This document shows, piece by piece, positions 9,019-18,199 of a DNA stretch of 64,000 bases (positions are counted from its first letter, which is position 1; each line of letters begins with the position of its first letter). Source of the stretch: an uncultured Bacteroidales bacterium (GTDB taxonomy: Bacteria; Bacteroidota; Bacteroidia; Bacteroidales; JAGOPY01); contig CAWBCI010000003.1 of NCBI GenBank assembly GCA_963787195.1, positions 79,364 through 143,363 on the forward strand. Direction: 5' to 3'. The notes below the pieces were generated by a model that worked only from the letters and a program-made list of their open reading frames with translations, had not been told where the DNA came from and searched no databases. The position numbers were made by a program, and so were the translations under genes.

Positions 9019-12000
9019 ATGTTTAAGTTAAAATTTTTATGCCTTGTTATCCCTTTAGCTCTAATATTAAGTAAATGGACCAATGCTCAGATTGTTAAAG
9101 TACAGGCCATTGATAGTGTTTTAGTTAACATAGTGGCTGATGATTCTTTGAATTTCAATGTTTATTTGTATCCTGATATATGCAGAGATAATAATTTCGA
9201 TGTTACTCCCTATCTTAATGTACAAAACCCTTATGATTCAGCCTGGATTTTCTTTGTTGATTTATTTCCGGAAAAAGGATGGGGTCACCGATGCAAATAC
9301 ATTCTTGTAGATAAATTGTTAGGGCAACTTACTATATTAAATGACAATATCCCACCTAGACTCTATTGGCTGACTTGGGAAGAAATTTCTGTTCCTTTCC
9401 CTCATCAGGTTGTTATCCAGTCAACAGATACAACTTTTAAAACTAATAGCAGTTACGAACCTGATCCAAATAAATACGCATTACTTGTTACCTGGAATGC
9501 ATGGGAAGATACGGCACGATGGAATAATTTAAGCCACATTTATACTGGACTAAAGTTAACATATGGATTTAAGGATGAAAATATTTTCGTTCTTTCAGAT
9601 GATGGCATGTTTAATCGAGAAACACAAGATCTGGATTTGGATAACATAGATAGTGATTGTGATTTTGACGGACCTTGTACCAAAGATTCAATTCGTGATA
9701 TTTTAACTTATTTCCAAACAGAATTGGATGGGGATGATATTTTTCTTTTTTATGTTACTACCCATGGCGATACGCTTGATGGAGATCCAAATGATACAAC
9801 TGCCCTGGTATTATGGGATTCATTACTTTGGGATTATGAGTTGGAGGAAATGGTTGAAAACATTCATTGTTCGCAAAAAATATTTTGTATTGATGCCTGT
9901 TATGCTGGCGGGTTTATTGATGAGCTTTCCCGAGATCATTCAGTTATAAACGTACCTGTGCCACGACATGTTGAAACACTCCGAACTTGGAGAAATTTTG
10001 ATTTCTTTTCTTATGCATGGGGCACAGCTGTGAGAGGTTGGCATCCAAAAAATGCAATAGAACCTTATTATGCTGATTACAAAGTTGGTATGCATCCTGA
10101 TTTACAACAAGTTTACTTTAAATGGAACAAACCTGATACAATACCTGACTTGATAAGTTTTGGAGGAAATGAAGATGGATTTATTCAATTTGGTGAAGTT
10201 TTTAATTATGCGAAGTATTTAGACGGACAAACAATGGTTTCAGGAATTGAATTTATTAATGATGGTTTTCGCGGCGACCTCCTCACACTCAACGGCATTG
10301 AAGGGAGAGTGGATACTACACAAAGTGTAAGCGGACCTTTTTTAATTGGGCGAAAACTTACGCTCGCTCCGGGTGTGACCTTAAATCAAAACGGTTCAGT
10401 TAAGTTCTATTTAAATAAGGGCTCCGAAATTTATGTTAGTGAAGGCGCCACCTTCAGTCCCTGGGGACATTTTGCTGATATAATCGGTTGCAGTGGAGAA
10501 AGTCTGATAAGGGTAAAAGGAAATCTGCGTTTATCTTCCATGGACTTTTCTGCCTCAGCCGGTGCAGTTCTCAATATCAGTTTTGAAAATACTGAAAATG
10601 AATATTCGTTTTCTCATTTTGATTTTAACAATTGCCGGATCAAAGCAGTGACCAAATCCCTTTCATTTGATGAAAGTTCATTTACAAATTCATCACTTCA
10701 ATATTCCATCGGAGACCTGGTTCTTTCGAAAAAAAATACATTTACAAACAGCACAGTCAGTCTGTCCCATCCGGGTTCTCACTCATCATCTTGCAAAATC
10801 TATGGAAATATTTTTAACAATACTTCTTCTTTAAACGAAAACGCGGTCATTACTATAGAAGAATACCCTTATTTTTTAATAGACAGCAACCAAATTCACT
10901 ACAACTCGAAAAGGGGCATAGAGTTATTTTATGCCGGAGCATCTGCGCTTGGAGACAAAACTATAGTTAATAACCTCATACAGTTTACGGGCACTCCTTC
11001 ACAGGAATATTCGGAATTAGGAGTGCATTCTTACATGAGTAATGTCACGATCAAAAAGAATACAATATCCGGAAATGATTACGGAATTGCAGGATTTCAC
11101 AGAAGTAACTTAATTGTCATAGGCGATTCGAGCGCGGAATATAGTGAAGAGACTCAACAGATTATTAATAATACCATTAGTCAGTGCGTTTTTAATACTG
11201 CAAGTTTTCCATTGGATTTTTCATATAATGTGGTAGGGACAACATATACAAGCGAATATCCCTATATCAAAACGGTCGAATATGAGGAAATAAAGAACGA
11301 AACGGGAGGATGCCCTGATTGGTCGGGAGAACCAACTTATATTGTGGAGAACAACTGCTGGATAAATTCAATGCAAGATCCTTCTGAAAGATTGCTGCCG
11401 GTTGGTGCCTATGATTGGGACCCGGTGTGGTGCCCGCCTGATCCTGCATATACAAATGAAAAGACCGGAGAGGCATTGTATTATAGCGCATTATCCGAAA
11501 TTGAAAACGGAACATATCCAGTTGCTGAGTCTATTTTCAAACAGGTGATAAATGAATATCCGGTAAGCATATATTCTCAAGCATCAATTAAAGGATTATT
11601 CGACCTGAATCCTTTAATTTATCAGGATTATACAACATTAAAGGTATACTGCGATAGTCTGGCTGCAAATCCGGGTGACAGTTTACTTGGCAAAACCGCA
11701 GAGTGGCTATCGCTTCACTGCAATATAAAGGGAGGGGAATATCAAGGCGCTATTAATTCATTGGATTCAATAATAAGTAATCCCGGGTCATCCTCCGATT
11801 CAATTTTTGCATTGATTGATCTGGATTATGTATTTACAAAATTAGAGGACACATCCATGCTTAAATCATCTGTATTAAGCAGTAAATATTTTGATATCAT
11901 CTCAAAAACTCCGGAACAATATAGCCGGCAACGTCTGGACAGGATTGAAAAATTATTAAAACCCACTAAAATCAGTGCGAGAAACAATAATCCCGGAAAA

Positions 12001-12285
12001 TTTTTAAATGATCAGTTTAATTTCGGTCAGATAACTTCATTATATCCCAATCCACTGCATAATAAACTGAATGTTAAATATTCTTTAAAGAATGGTGGAA
12101 AAATAAGAATATCAGTCTACACAGCACAAGGAAGATGTATGAGTGAGACAGAATGCGGCACCAGGGGTACGGGTTATCATGAAGAACAAATTAGTTTTAT
12201 CGAGCAAGCAGAAGGGATGTATTTTATCTGCCTGTTTTTTGAAAACCTTCTTATTGATTCCGAGAAAATAAGTAAGGTTTTGTAA
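9019..12285 (+). CDS. clan-CD (legumain C13 / gingipain C25-like) cysteine peptidase fused to beta-helix repeats, a TPR-like region and a T9SS CTD
   Basis: 1088 aa with a signal peptide. His/Cys dyad context (IFLFYVTTHGD ... KIFCIDACYAGGF) as in legumain (YFTDHG / EACESG). Parallel beta-helix-like N..I.GN repeats. C-terminal LYPNPL..GMYFICL tail. Confidence 0.6.
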   Translation: MFKLKFLCLVIPLALILSKWTNAQIVKVQAIDSVLVNIVADDSLNFNVYLYPDICRDNNFDVTPYLNVQNPYDSAWIFFVDLFPEKGWGHRCKYILVDKLLGQLTILNDNIPPRLYWLTWEEISVPFPHQVVIQSTDTTFKTNSSYEPDPNKYALLVTWNAWEDTARWNNLSHIYTGLKLTYGFKDENIFVLSDDGMFNRETQDLDLDNIDSDCDFDGPCTKDSIRDILTYFQTELDGDDIFLFYVTTHGDTLDGDPNDTTALVLWDSLLWDYELEEMVENIHCSQKIFCIDACYAGGFIDELSRDHSVINVPVPRHVETLRTWRNFDFFSYAWGTAVRGWHPKNAIEPYYADYKVGMHPDLQQVYFKWNKPDTIPDLISFGGNEDGFIQFGEVFNYAKYLDGQTMVSGIEFINDGFRGDLLTLNGIEGRVDTTQSVSGPFLIGRKLTLAPGVTLNQNGSVKFYLNKGSEIYVSEGATFSPWGHFADIIGCSGESLIRVKGNLRLSSMDFSASAGAVLNISFENTENEYSFSHFDFNNCRIKAVTKSLSFDESSFTNSSLQYSIGDLVLSKKNTFTNSTVSLSHPGSHSSSCKIYGNIFNNTSSLNENAVITIEEYPYFLIDSNQIHYNSKRGIELFYAGASALGDKTIVNNLIQFTGTPSQEYSELGVHSYMSNVTIKKNTISGNDYGIAGFHRSNLIVIGDSSAEYSEETQQIINNTISQCVFNTASFPLDFSYNVVGTTYTSEYPYIKTVEYEEIKNETGGCPDWSGEPTYIVENNCWINSMQDPSERLLPVGAYDWDPVWCPPDPAYTNEKTGEALYYSALSEIENGTYPVAESIFKQVINEYPVSIYSQASIKGLFDLNPLIYQDYTTLKVYCDSLAANPGDSLLGKTAEWLSLHCNIKGGEYQGAINSLDSIISNPGSSSDSIFALIDLDYVFTKLEDTSMLKSSVLSSKYFDIISKTPEQYSRQRLDRIEKLLKPTKISARNNNPGKFLNDQFNFGQITSLYPNPLHNKLNVKYSLKNGGKIRISVYTAQGRCMSETECGTRGTGYHEEQISFIEQAEGMYFICLFFENLLIDSEKISKVL

Positions 12286-12318
12286 TGTAAAACTTGTCTA
12301 TCATTAAGTCATATTAAA

Positions 12319-12389
12319 GGCAGGAACGGAGAAACTGGTGAGATGAATCTCAACCAGAGTGTAGAGTGTAGAATGTAGAGTGTAGAGTG
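12319..12389 (+). repeat. dispersed block: CTD-end relic + hairpin + GTGTAGA units (copy 2, outside any ORF)
   Basis: GGCAGGAACGGAGAAACTGGTGAGATGAATCTCAACCAG followed by GTGTAGA GTGTAGA ATGTAGA GTGTAGA. In frame it reads AGTEKLVR*, against AGTVMLVR* at 4108-4135. Confidence 0.8.
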
Positions 12390-12610
12390 GAGGACTGGGT
12401 CGCGACCTGGCCTTACACAAATCACTGCTCACAGAATCACTTTCATCTACCTAAAATCCCTCTCTGCATCTCGCCGGGATCTGTCAGCGGCTTGCAGCTC
12501 CCTCTTTTTACCTTTCAGGCTTGTGCCATCCTCCTCGCGGGGATCTGAAGGTGGCGAATGGTATCAGTTATTAAGAAGGTAAATGTTTGCTTCAGGGAAA
12601 AAGTTACATC

Positions 12611-12674
12611 CTTTCCACTTTTCCACCATATCACCTTTCCACCTTATCACCTTATCACCTTATCACCTTTCCAC
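12611..12674. repeat. octamer tandem array CTTWYCAC x8
   Basis: CTTTCCAC TTTTCCAC CATATCAC CTTTCCAC CTTATCAC x3 CTTTCCAC. It lies 117 nt upstream of the arsM ATG. Track ORFs 12558-12767 and 12587-12775 are translations of this array. Confidence 0.85.
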
Positions 12675-12790
12675 ATAAAATTCTTTGTGAAAAAAATCAC
12701 AATAAAATTTTTCCGCTTGAAATTATTAGTAATTTTACAGTTGTCAAAATTACGGTTATTTCCGTAAACAATTAAAAGACAAGGAATTCA

Positions 12791-13600
12791 ATGGATGATC
12801 TAAAACAGCTGGTGGAACAGAAATACAGCCAGATCGCTATGGAAAGCAGCCCAAAAAAGGAAACTGTTGATGGGTGTTGTTCCGACTCTTCCCATGTTGC
12901 GTTTAGTGAAAATTATGACGGGCTTGACGGCTACTTGCCGGAAGCCGACCTGGGTTTGGGATGTGGCATGCCCACAAAATTTGCCATGATCCGAAAAGGG
13001 GATACCGTGGTAGACCTGGGATCAGGAGCCGGGAACGACTGTTTCATCGCGCGTGCCCATACAGGTGAAGAAGGCCGTGTGATAGGGGTTGATATGACCA
13101 GGGCAATGATAGAAAAAGCCAGGGCTAATGCACATAAACTTGGATTTGACAATGTGCAATTCCGTAAAGGTGATATAGAAAATATGCCGGTGGCCAATAA
13201 TATTGCTGATGTGGTGATCAGTAATTGCGTCCTGAACCTGGTTCCCAATAAATATTTTGCCTTTGCCGAGATCTGGCGGATACTCCGCCCCGGGGGTCAG
13301 TTTTCCATTTCCGATATGGTCCGCGAAGGGGAATTCCCTGAAGATATCATGAATGCAGCCATGCTTTTTACCGGTTGTGTATGCGGCGCCATGAACCGGG
13401 AAGAATATATTGACCTCATAGAGAAAAGCGGATTTCACAATGTAGAGATCCGTCACGAAAAAACCATAGAACTCCCTGACGAATTGCTCAAAGAATATCT
13501 GAGCGAAGAACAGTTAAAGGAATTTAAATTTAAAGGCGCAAGGCTGACCAGCATCACGGTGACCGGACAAAAGCCCGTCTGCCTGTCGTGCAGCTGCTGA
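12791..13600 (+). CDS. arsM: arsenite S-adenosylmethionine methyltransferase
   Basis: SAM-binding VVDLGSGAGNDCF motif, VIGVDMT, DVVISNCVLNLVPNK. Cys clusters typical of ArsM (DGCCSDS, FTGCVCGA, C-terminal CLSCSC). Confidence 0.8.
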   Translation: MDDLKQLVEQKYSQIAMESSPKKETVDGCCSDSSHVAFSENYDGLDGYLPEADLGLGCGMPTKFAMIRKGDTVVDLGSGAGNDCFIARAHTGEEGRVIGVDMTRAMIEKARANAHKLGFDNVQFRKGDIENMPVANNIADVVISNCVLNLVPNKYFAFAEIWRILRPGGQFSISDMVREGEFPEDIMNAAMLFTGCVCGAMNREEYIDLIEKSGFHNVEIRHEKTIELPDELLKEYLSEEQLKEFKFKGARLTSITVTGQKPVCLSCSC

Positions 13601-13741
13601 TATTTCATTGGCTGTCAACAGCTAAATGACTGTTTTTCATCCTTTCTTTCATTAATATCAATTCAAGCAGAATTATATTTGCAATTTATCCTTTCCACAT
13701 AGCCATAGTTTTTAATTTTATGCCTTTCAAACAATGAAAGG

Positions 13742-14569
13742 ATGCACAATTTTCTCTGTTACATAAATAATCGCATAATACCTTATGCAAATGCCCGCCT
13801 GCATGTTTCCGACCTGGCATTTCAAAGGGGTTATGGCATATTTGATTACTTTCTTGAAATTGAAGGCAAGATCCCGAATTTCAGGGATTATCTTGACCGT
13901 TTCTATCATTCGGCTGCAGGACTTGGACTGGAAGTCCCGCTGGAAAGGGAAGTGTTGATTGAAAAAATCCGCTTTCTGCTGGATGAAAACAAGTTTGGGA
14001 ATTCAGGCATTAAACTGATTCTGACTGGTGGCTTTTCGGGAGATTTCTATACTCCTGATGCTCCTAATATGCTCATACTTAATATACCTGCAAAAAGAAA
14101 CCCGGAATTAATCGAAAATGGTATCAAACTGATCACGCATTCGTATCTACGTTATCTTCCTGAAATAAAAACGCTTAACTACCTTCCTGCCATACTTTTG
14201 AGGGAAGAAATGAGAAAACAGGTCGCGCTGGATGTATTGTACCATCAGAGGGGAATTATCAGTGAAACTTCCAGGGGGAATATTTTTATTTATAAAGATG
14301 ACAAGATTGTCACACCTAAAAAAAATATTCTCAAAGGCATTACCCGCAAGTTTGTAATGGATATTGCAAAAAATTATGCTGAGGTCATAGAAGAGAAAGT
14401 TACAATCAAGGACCTTGCAGAAAGCCGGGAAGTATTCATTACCGGAACGTCCAAGCCGGTTGCCCCGGTAGTTCAGATTGATAATATTGTGATAGCCGAT
14501 GGCAAACCCGGCCCAATGACCCTCATGCTTAATAAGGCTTATGATGATTTCCTGAAGAGCCAGGATTAA
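13742..14569 (+). CDS. class IV (branched-chain/D-amino-acid) aminotransferase family protein
   Basis: 275 aa. N-terminal ARLHVSDLAFQRGYGIFDY and overall fold-type IV pattern. Confidence 0.65.
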   Translation: MHNFLCYINNRIIPYANARLHVSDLAFQRGYGIFDYFLEIEGKIPNFRDYLDRFYHSAAGLGLEVPLEREVLIEKIRFLLDENKFGNSGIKLILTGGFSGDFYTPDAPNMLILNIPAKRNPELIENGIKLITHSYLRYLPEIKTLNYLPAILLREEMRKQVALDVLYHQRGIISETSRGNIFIYKDDKIVTPKKNILKGITRKFVMDIAKNYAEVIEEKVTIKDLAESREVFITGTSKPVAPVVQIDNIVIADGKPGPMTLMLNKAYDDFLKSQD

Positions 14570-14750
14570 TCAATGAGACTCAATTTTTTCAAGCGAAGCG
14601 AAGGAAAAATTGTTAGTCGAATTGATCCCGAAAAGACGAAGTCTTATTCGGGATCTGATGGGGTTAAATTCCCCGTCTCTTGAGACGAATAAGAGATATT
14701 TTCTTAAGATACCCCGCTGCTTGCCGCGGGGTAGTTCATTTTCGGTATTA
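14566..14750 (+). repeat. about 185-nt structured dispersed repeat (copy 1)
   Basis: Near-identical to 53888-54075. Contains a GATCCCGAAAAGAC-GAA-GTCTTATTCGGGATC long hairpin, a CGTCTC/GAGACG hairpin and ACCCCGC..GCGGGGT followed by a T-rich tail. It starts at the stop codon of the upstream gene. Confidence 0.8.
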
Positions 14751-15024
14751 TCATTCCGACAGCTCTCATTTCTTTTGTCCAATTGCGAACAAAATTGTCC
14801 GGTTTTAAAATATAACTCTCGGATTCATCCTACTCTATACCAAATTAATATACACATTATCAGCTAATTATTTCTAATGGCATAGTATTGGAATAATTCT
14901 TCTCTTTATTGAAATCATTACTTATCATTCATATCCACCTGAAATATTTTTGGGCTTGCCACCGGATATAAATAGTAATGGACTCTTGAATTATATTGTA
15001 TAACCAATTATCAAGGAGGCCTTT

Positions 15025-15768
15025 ATGAAAACTTTTCTAAAAAACTTACCGAGTCTTTACCTCATCTTTTTCCTGTTCGGGGCTTACGGGCAATCAAACC
15101 TGAGACAGGGGAATGAGATCATGCGCAAAACCACTATCAACGGATCTTCCGAAAGCCAGTCTTCGCCCGGTTTCAACACTTCATCCCATTCGTCAAAAAT
15201 TGATGAAGGCAAAGAATATCTGGGGGACGCCGGCAGTATGTACCTCAATGATGACTGGGTGGAGGGGAAAGCCTTTCTCCGGGACCAAACCATCCTGGAT
15301 CCTATTAAATTAAGGTATAATATCTATCAAGGCCAGATGCAGTTCATCTTGAACAATGATACCATGGCTTTTGCTAAGCCCGATGAATTAAATTGTCTGA
15401 AATTCATGGGCATGACATTCATTTATACAGATTATAAAAGTGAAGAAGGAGTGAAAAGGGACTGGTTTGAGCTGGTAAGCGACGGACCTTGCAAGCTTCT
15501 TTTTCGCCGTATAGTCACTTATCATTTACAGGGTGAAAAAAGTATTACGGACGAAAAGGATAATTCCTATATAAGATGTTGTTCCTATTATGTGCAAAAT
15601 GGAGACAAGCCGGCTAAGATGATCCGCCTGAAAAATAAAAATATTGCCTGTGTCTTTTCCGATAAAGAGGATCAAATAATGAATTTTATCAAAACCAATA
15701 AGCTGAATGTCAAGAAAAAGGATGATCTGGTGATGGTCGTAAAATATTATAATTCCCTTAATATATAG
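15025..15768 (+). CDS. hypothetical secreted protein
   Basis: 247-aa ATG ORF with a signal peptide. A terminator follows. No motif recognised. Confidence 0.45.
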   Translation: MKTFLKNLPSLYLIFFLFGAYGQSNLRQGNEIMRKTTINGSSESQSSPGFNTSSHSSKIDEGKEYLGDAGSMYLNDDWVEGKAFLRDQTILDPIKLRYNIYQGQMQFILNNDTMAFAKPDELNCLKFMGMTFIYTDYKSEEGVKRDWFELVSDGPCKLLFRRIVTYHLQGEKSITDEKDNSYIRCCSYYVQNGDKPAKMIRLKNKNIACVFSDKEDQIMNFIKTNKLNVKKKDDLVMVVKYYNSLNI

Positions 15769-15824
15769 AGACCTGGCAGCTTTTTCTGAATTACATTTTT
15801 CCGATCTGCTGGGCTAATCTTATT

Positions 15825-15870
15825 AAAGCTTGCTTATAGATATATGTTATACCGGTAAGCAAGCTTTTTT
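15825..15870 (+). terminator. hairpin terminator
   Basis: AAAGCTTGCTTA ... TAAGCAAGCTTT followed by TTTT. Confidence 0.6.
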
Positions 15871-16039
15871 AATTCCCCTGTGATTTTCATCAGAGTGATA
15901 AAAAATCCATTTTGTCTTTTTAAGTATTTCACTTAATTCTGTTAAGTCTTTCCCTTATATAAAATTCCGTTTTCATGCTATTGTATATCAACAGATTAGT
16001 TTTAATATTTGCCATACAATTAGTTTTAACCAAACTCCT

Positions 16040-16793
16040 ATGAAGAAAAGAAACTTACTCATTATTAATTTGATTATTCTGCTATTTCTGGGTTGGACAG
16101 GGCTCTCAGCCCAGGATGAAGGCAAGTCTGCCAAATTCGATATCGGGACCGACCTGATGAGCCGCTATATATGGCGTGGCGCTGATTACGGTAATTCTCC
16201 CAGTATCCAGCCCACTATGGCTTTTACCTGGAAAGGTCTTGAAGTTGGGGCCTGGGGAGCTTTCAGCCTCAGCAATACCAATTACCAGGAAGTGGACCTT
16301 TATATTAATTACAGCTTCTGTGATTATTTTAGTCTGGGTTTTACCGATTATTTCTTTCCGGATCAGACGCTTTCAAACAATCATTATTTCGATTATAATA
16401 AGAATTCAACCGGCCATATTTTTGAAGGATCTGCAACCTTATCAGGCGGAGAGAAATTTCCGCTTAGCCTGTTAATAGCGATGAATTTTTATGGGGCAGG
16501 ATGCCAGGAAAGCAAATGGAGACATTTTCTATTCAAGCTATCTTGAGCTTTCTTATCCTTTCAAATGTAAGGGGCTTGATTTCAATGTATTTGCAGGCGG
16601 GACACCCAACAAGGCTGATACAAAAAAAGATGAATCAGGCTTTTACGGAAATGATCCCGGGATCGTAAATCTGGGATTCACCGTCAGCAAGGATCTTCCC
16701 ATAACTGAAAAGTTTAGCCTGCCTCTGTCAGCAAGCCTTATCACAAATCCACAGGCACAGAATATATTCCTGGTATTCGGGATCTCATTATAA
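16040..16793 (+). CDS. putative outer-membrane porin upstream of amtB (needs a 1-nt frame correction)
   Basis: ORFs 16040-16546 and 16491-16793 join if one G of the GGGG run at 16493-16496 is removed (..MNFYGQDARKANGDIFYSSYLELSY..). Signal peptide and alternating beta-strand pattern. Confidence 0.5.
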
Positions 16794-16833
16794 AGTTTAA
16801 AATTTCTTTATTAACCACATAAAAATATCTATT

Positions 16834-18054
16834 ATGTTCGACACTGGTTCAACTGCGTTTATGATCCTGGCCACCAGCCTTGTGATGCTGATGACCCCCG
16901 GGCTGGCCTTTTTTTACGGCGGGCTCGCTTCCAGGCGCAATATCCTGGGTGTAATGATACAAACATTTGTTTCCCTCGGATTGACCACAATTCTCTGGGT
17001 GGCAGCCGGCTATTCTCTTTGTTTCACCGGCGGGGAAGGCGGAATAATCGGGAACCTGAGCAATGCATTCCTTCGTAATATCCCCATCAACGATGCATTC
17101 TCATCCCCCAGCGGTAAATTTCCAACATACATCTTCGTAGCTTATCAGATGATGTTCGCCATCATCACCCCGGCTTTGATAACCGGTGCCTTTGTGAACC
17201 GCGTTACTTTTAAATCATACCTTATTTTCCTGGTGGCATGGCAATTTTTCGTATACTATCCCTTCGTCCATATGGTTTGGGGTGGCGGATTACTGGCTGA
17301 ATGGGGAGTACTCGACTTTGCAGGCGGAATCGTAGTGCATTGCACTGCCGGCTTTGCGGCTCTTGCTTCGGTCTTTTATGTAGGATCACGCCATTATGAA
17401 AAAGAAGGCAGGCCCAACAGCATTCCGCTGGTGGCTATCGGAACCGGTCTGCTCTGGTTCGGATGGTATGGCTTCAATGCAGGGAGTGAGCTGGCAGTAA
17501 ATGAGATCACTACCCTCGCTTTCCTGAATACCGACGTTGCGGCTTCTTTTGCCGCTATCACCTGGCTGGTCATTGAATGGTCGAGGGTCCGGAAACCGAA
17601 ATTCGTCGGTCTGCTTACCGGGGCGGTTGCAGGACTTGCCACTATCACTCCGGCAGCAGGTTATGTTCCCCTCTGGGCAGCCATTGTGATCGGTATCGTT
17701 GCCGGTGCAGGATGCTATATAGCAGTGAATTTCAAGAACAAACGTAAATGGGACGACGCACTTGATGTATGGGGTGTCCACGGCATTGGCGGAGTACTCG
17801 GGACTATTATGCTGGGCATATTTGCCAGCAAGGCTATCAACGGACAAGGCGGTCTCGTTGAAGGAGATAGCGCATTTTTCTTTAAGGAAACAGCTGCAGT
17901 GCTTCTGAGCGCTGCCTGGGCCTTCATCTTTACTTATATCATGCTTTTACTCATCAATTTTATAACGCCTGTAAAGGTGAAGGATTTGGATGAACAACAA
18001 GGCCTGGACGAAGCACTACACGGTGAAAATGCCTATGACCAGGGCGTACTATAA
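16834..18054 (+). CDS. amtB: ammonium transporter
   Basis: 406 aa, about 11 TM segments. Amt signatures (LMTPGLAFFYGG, DFAGG.VVH, GFNAGS, GVHG.GG..G). Confidence 0.9.
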   Translation: MFDTGSTAFMILATSLVMLMTPGLAFFYGGLASRRNILGVMIQTFVSLGLTTILWVAAGYSLCFTGGEGGIIGNLSNAFLRNIPINDAFSSPSGKFPTYIFVAYQMMFAIITPALITGAFVNRVTFKSYLIFLVAWQFFVYYPFVHMVWGGGLLAEWGVLDFAGGIVVHCTAGFAALASVFYVGSRHYEKEGRPNSIPLVAIGTGLLWFGWYGFNAGSELAVNEITTLAFLNTDVAASFAAITWLVIEWSRVRKPKFVGLLTGAVAGLATITPAAGYVPLWAAIVIGIVAGAGCYIAVNFKNKRKWDDALDVWGVHGIGGVLGTIMLGIFASKAINGQGGLVEGDSAFFFKETAAVLLSAAWAFIFTYIMLLLINFITPVKVKDLDEQQGLDEALHGENAYDQGVL

Positions 18055-18079
18055 TTATTAACTTTTTTGAGGAATTTTT

Positions 18080-18114
18080 GGAGAGGGTCTAAATACAGGC
18101 CCTCTCCTTTTTTA
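18080..18114 (+). terminator. rho-independent terminator
   Basis: GGAGAGGG (18080-18087) pairs with CCCTCTCC (18100-18107), followed by TTTTTT. Confidence 0.75.
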
Positions 18115-18199
18115 TTGGTCAATAATCCATACTTTTAACCTTCAATTAGTATGAAGTTCAGGAACCTATAATAACAAGATCAAATATCAGGTTTAATCG

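Noticed and set aside
12558-12775. Two overlapping plus-strand ORFs with peptides such as HHITFPPYHLITLSPFH.
   Set aside because: They are direct translations of the CTTWYCAC octamer array. The low-complexity periodic peptide is an artefact.
17386-17927. Several minus-strand ORFs of 70-153 aa inside amtB. Similar antisense ORFs occur in arsM, the BNR gene and others.
   Set aside because: They are antisense to strongly supported genes in locally GC-rich DNA, where long spurious ORFs are expected. No motifs were found.
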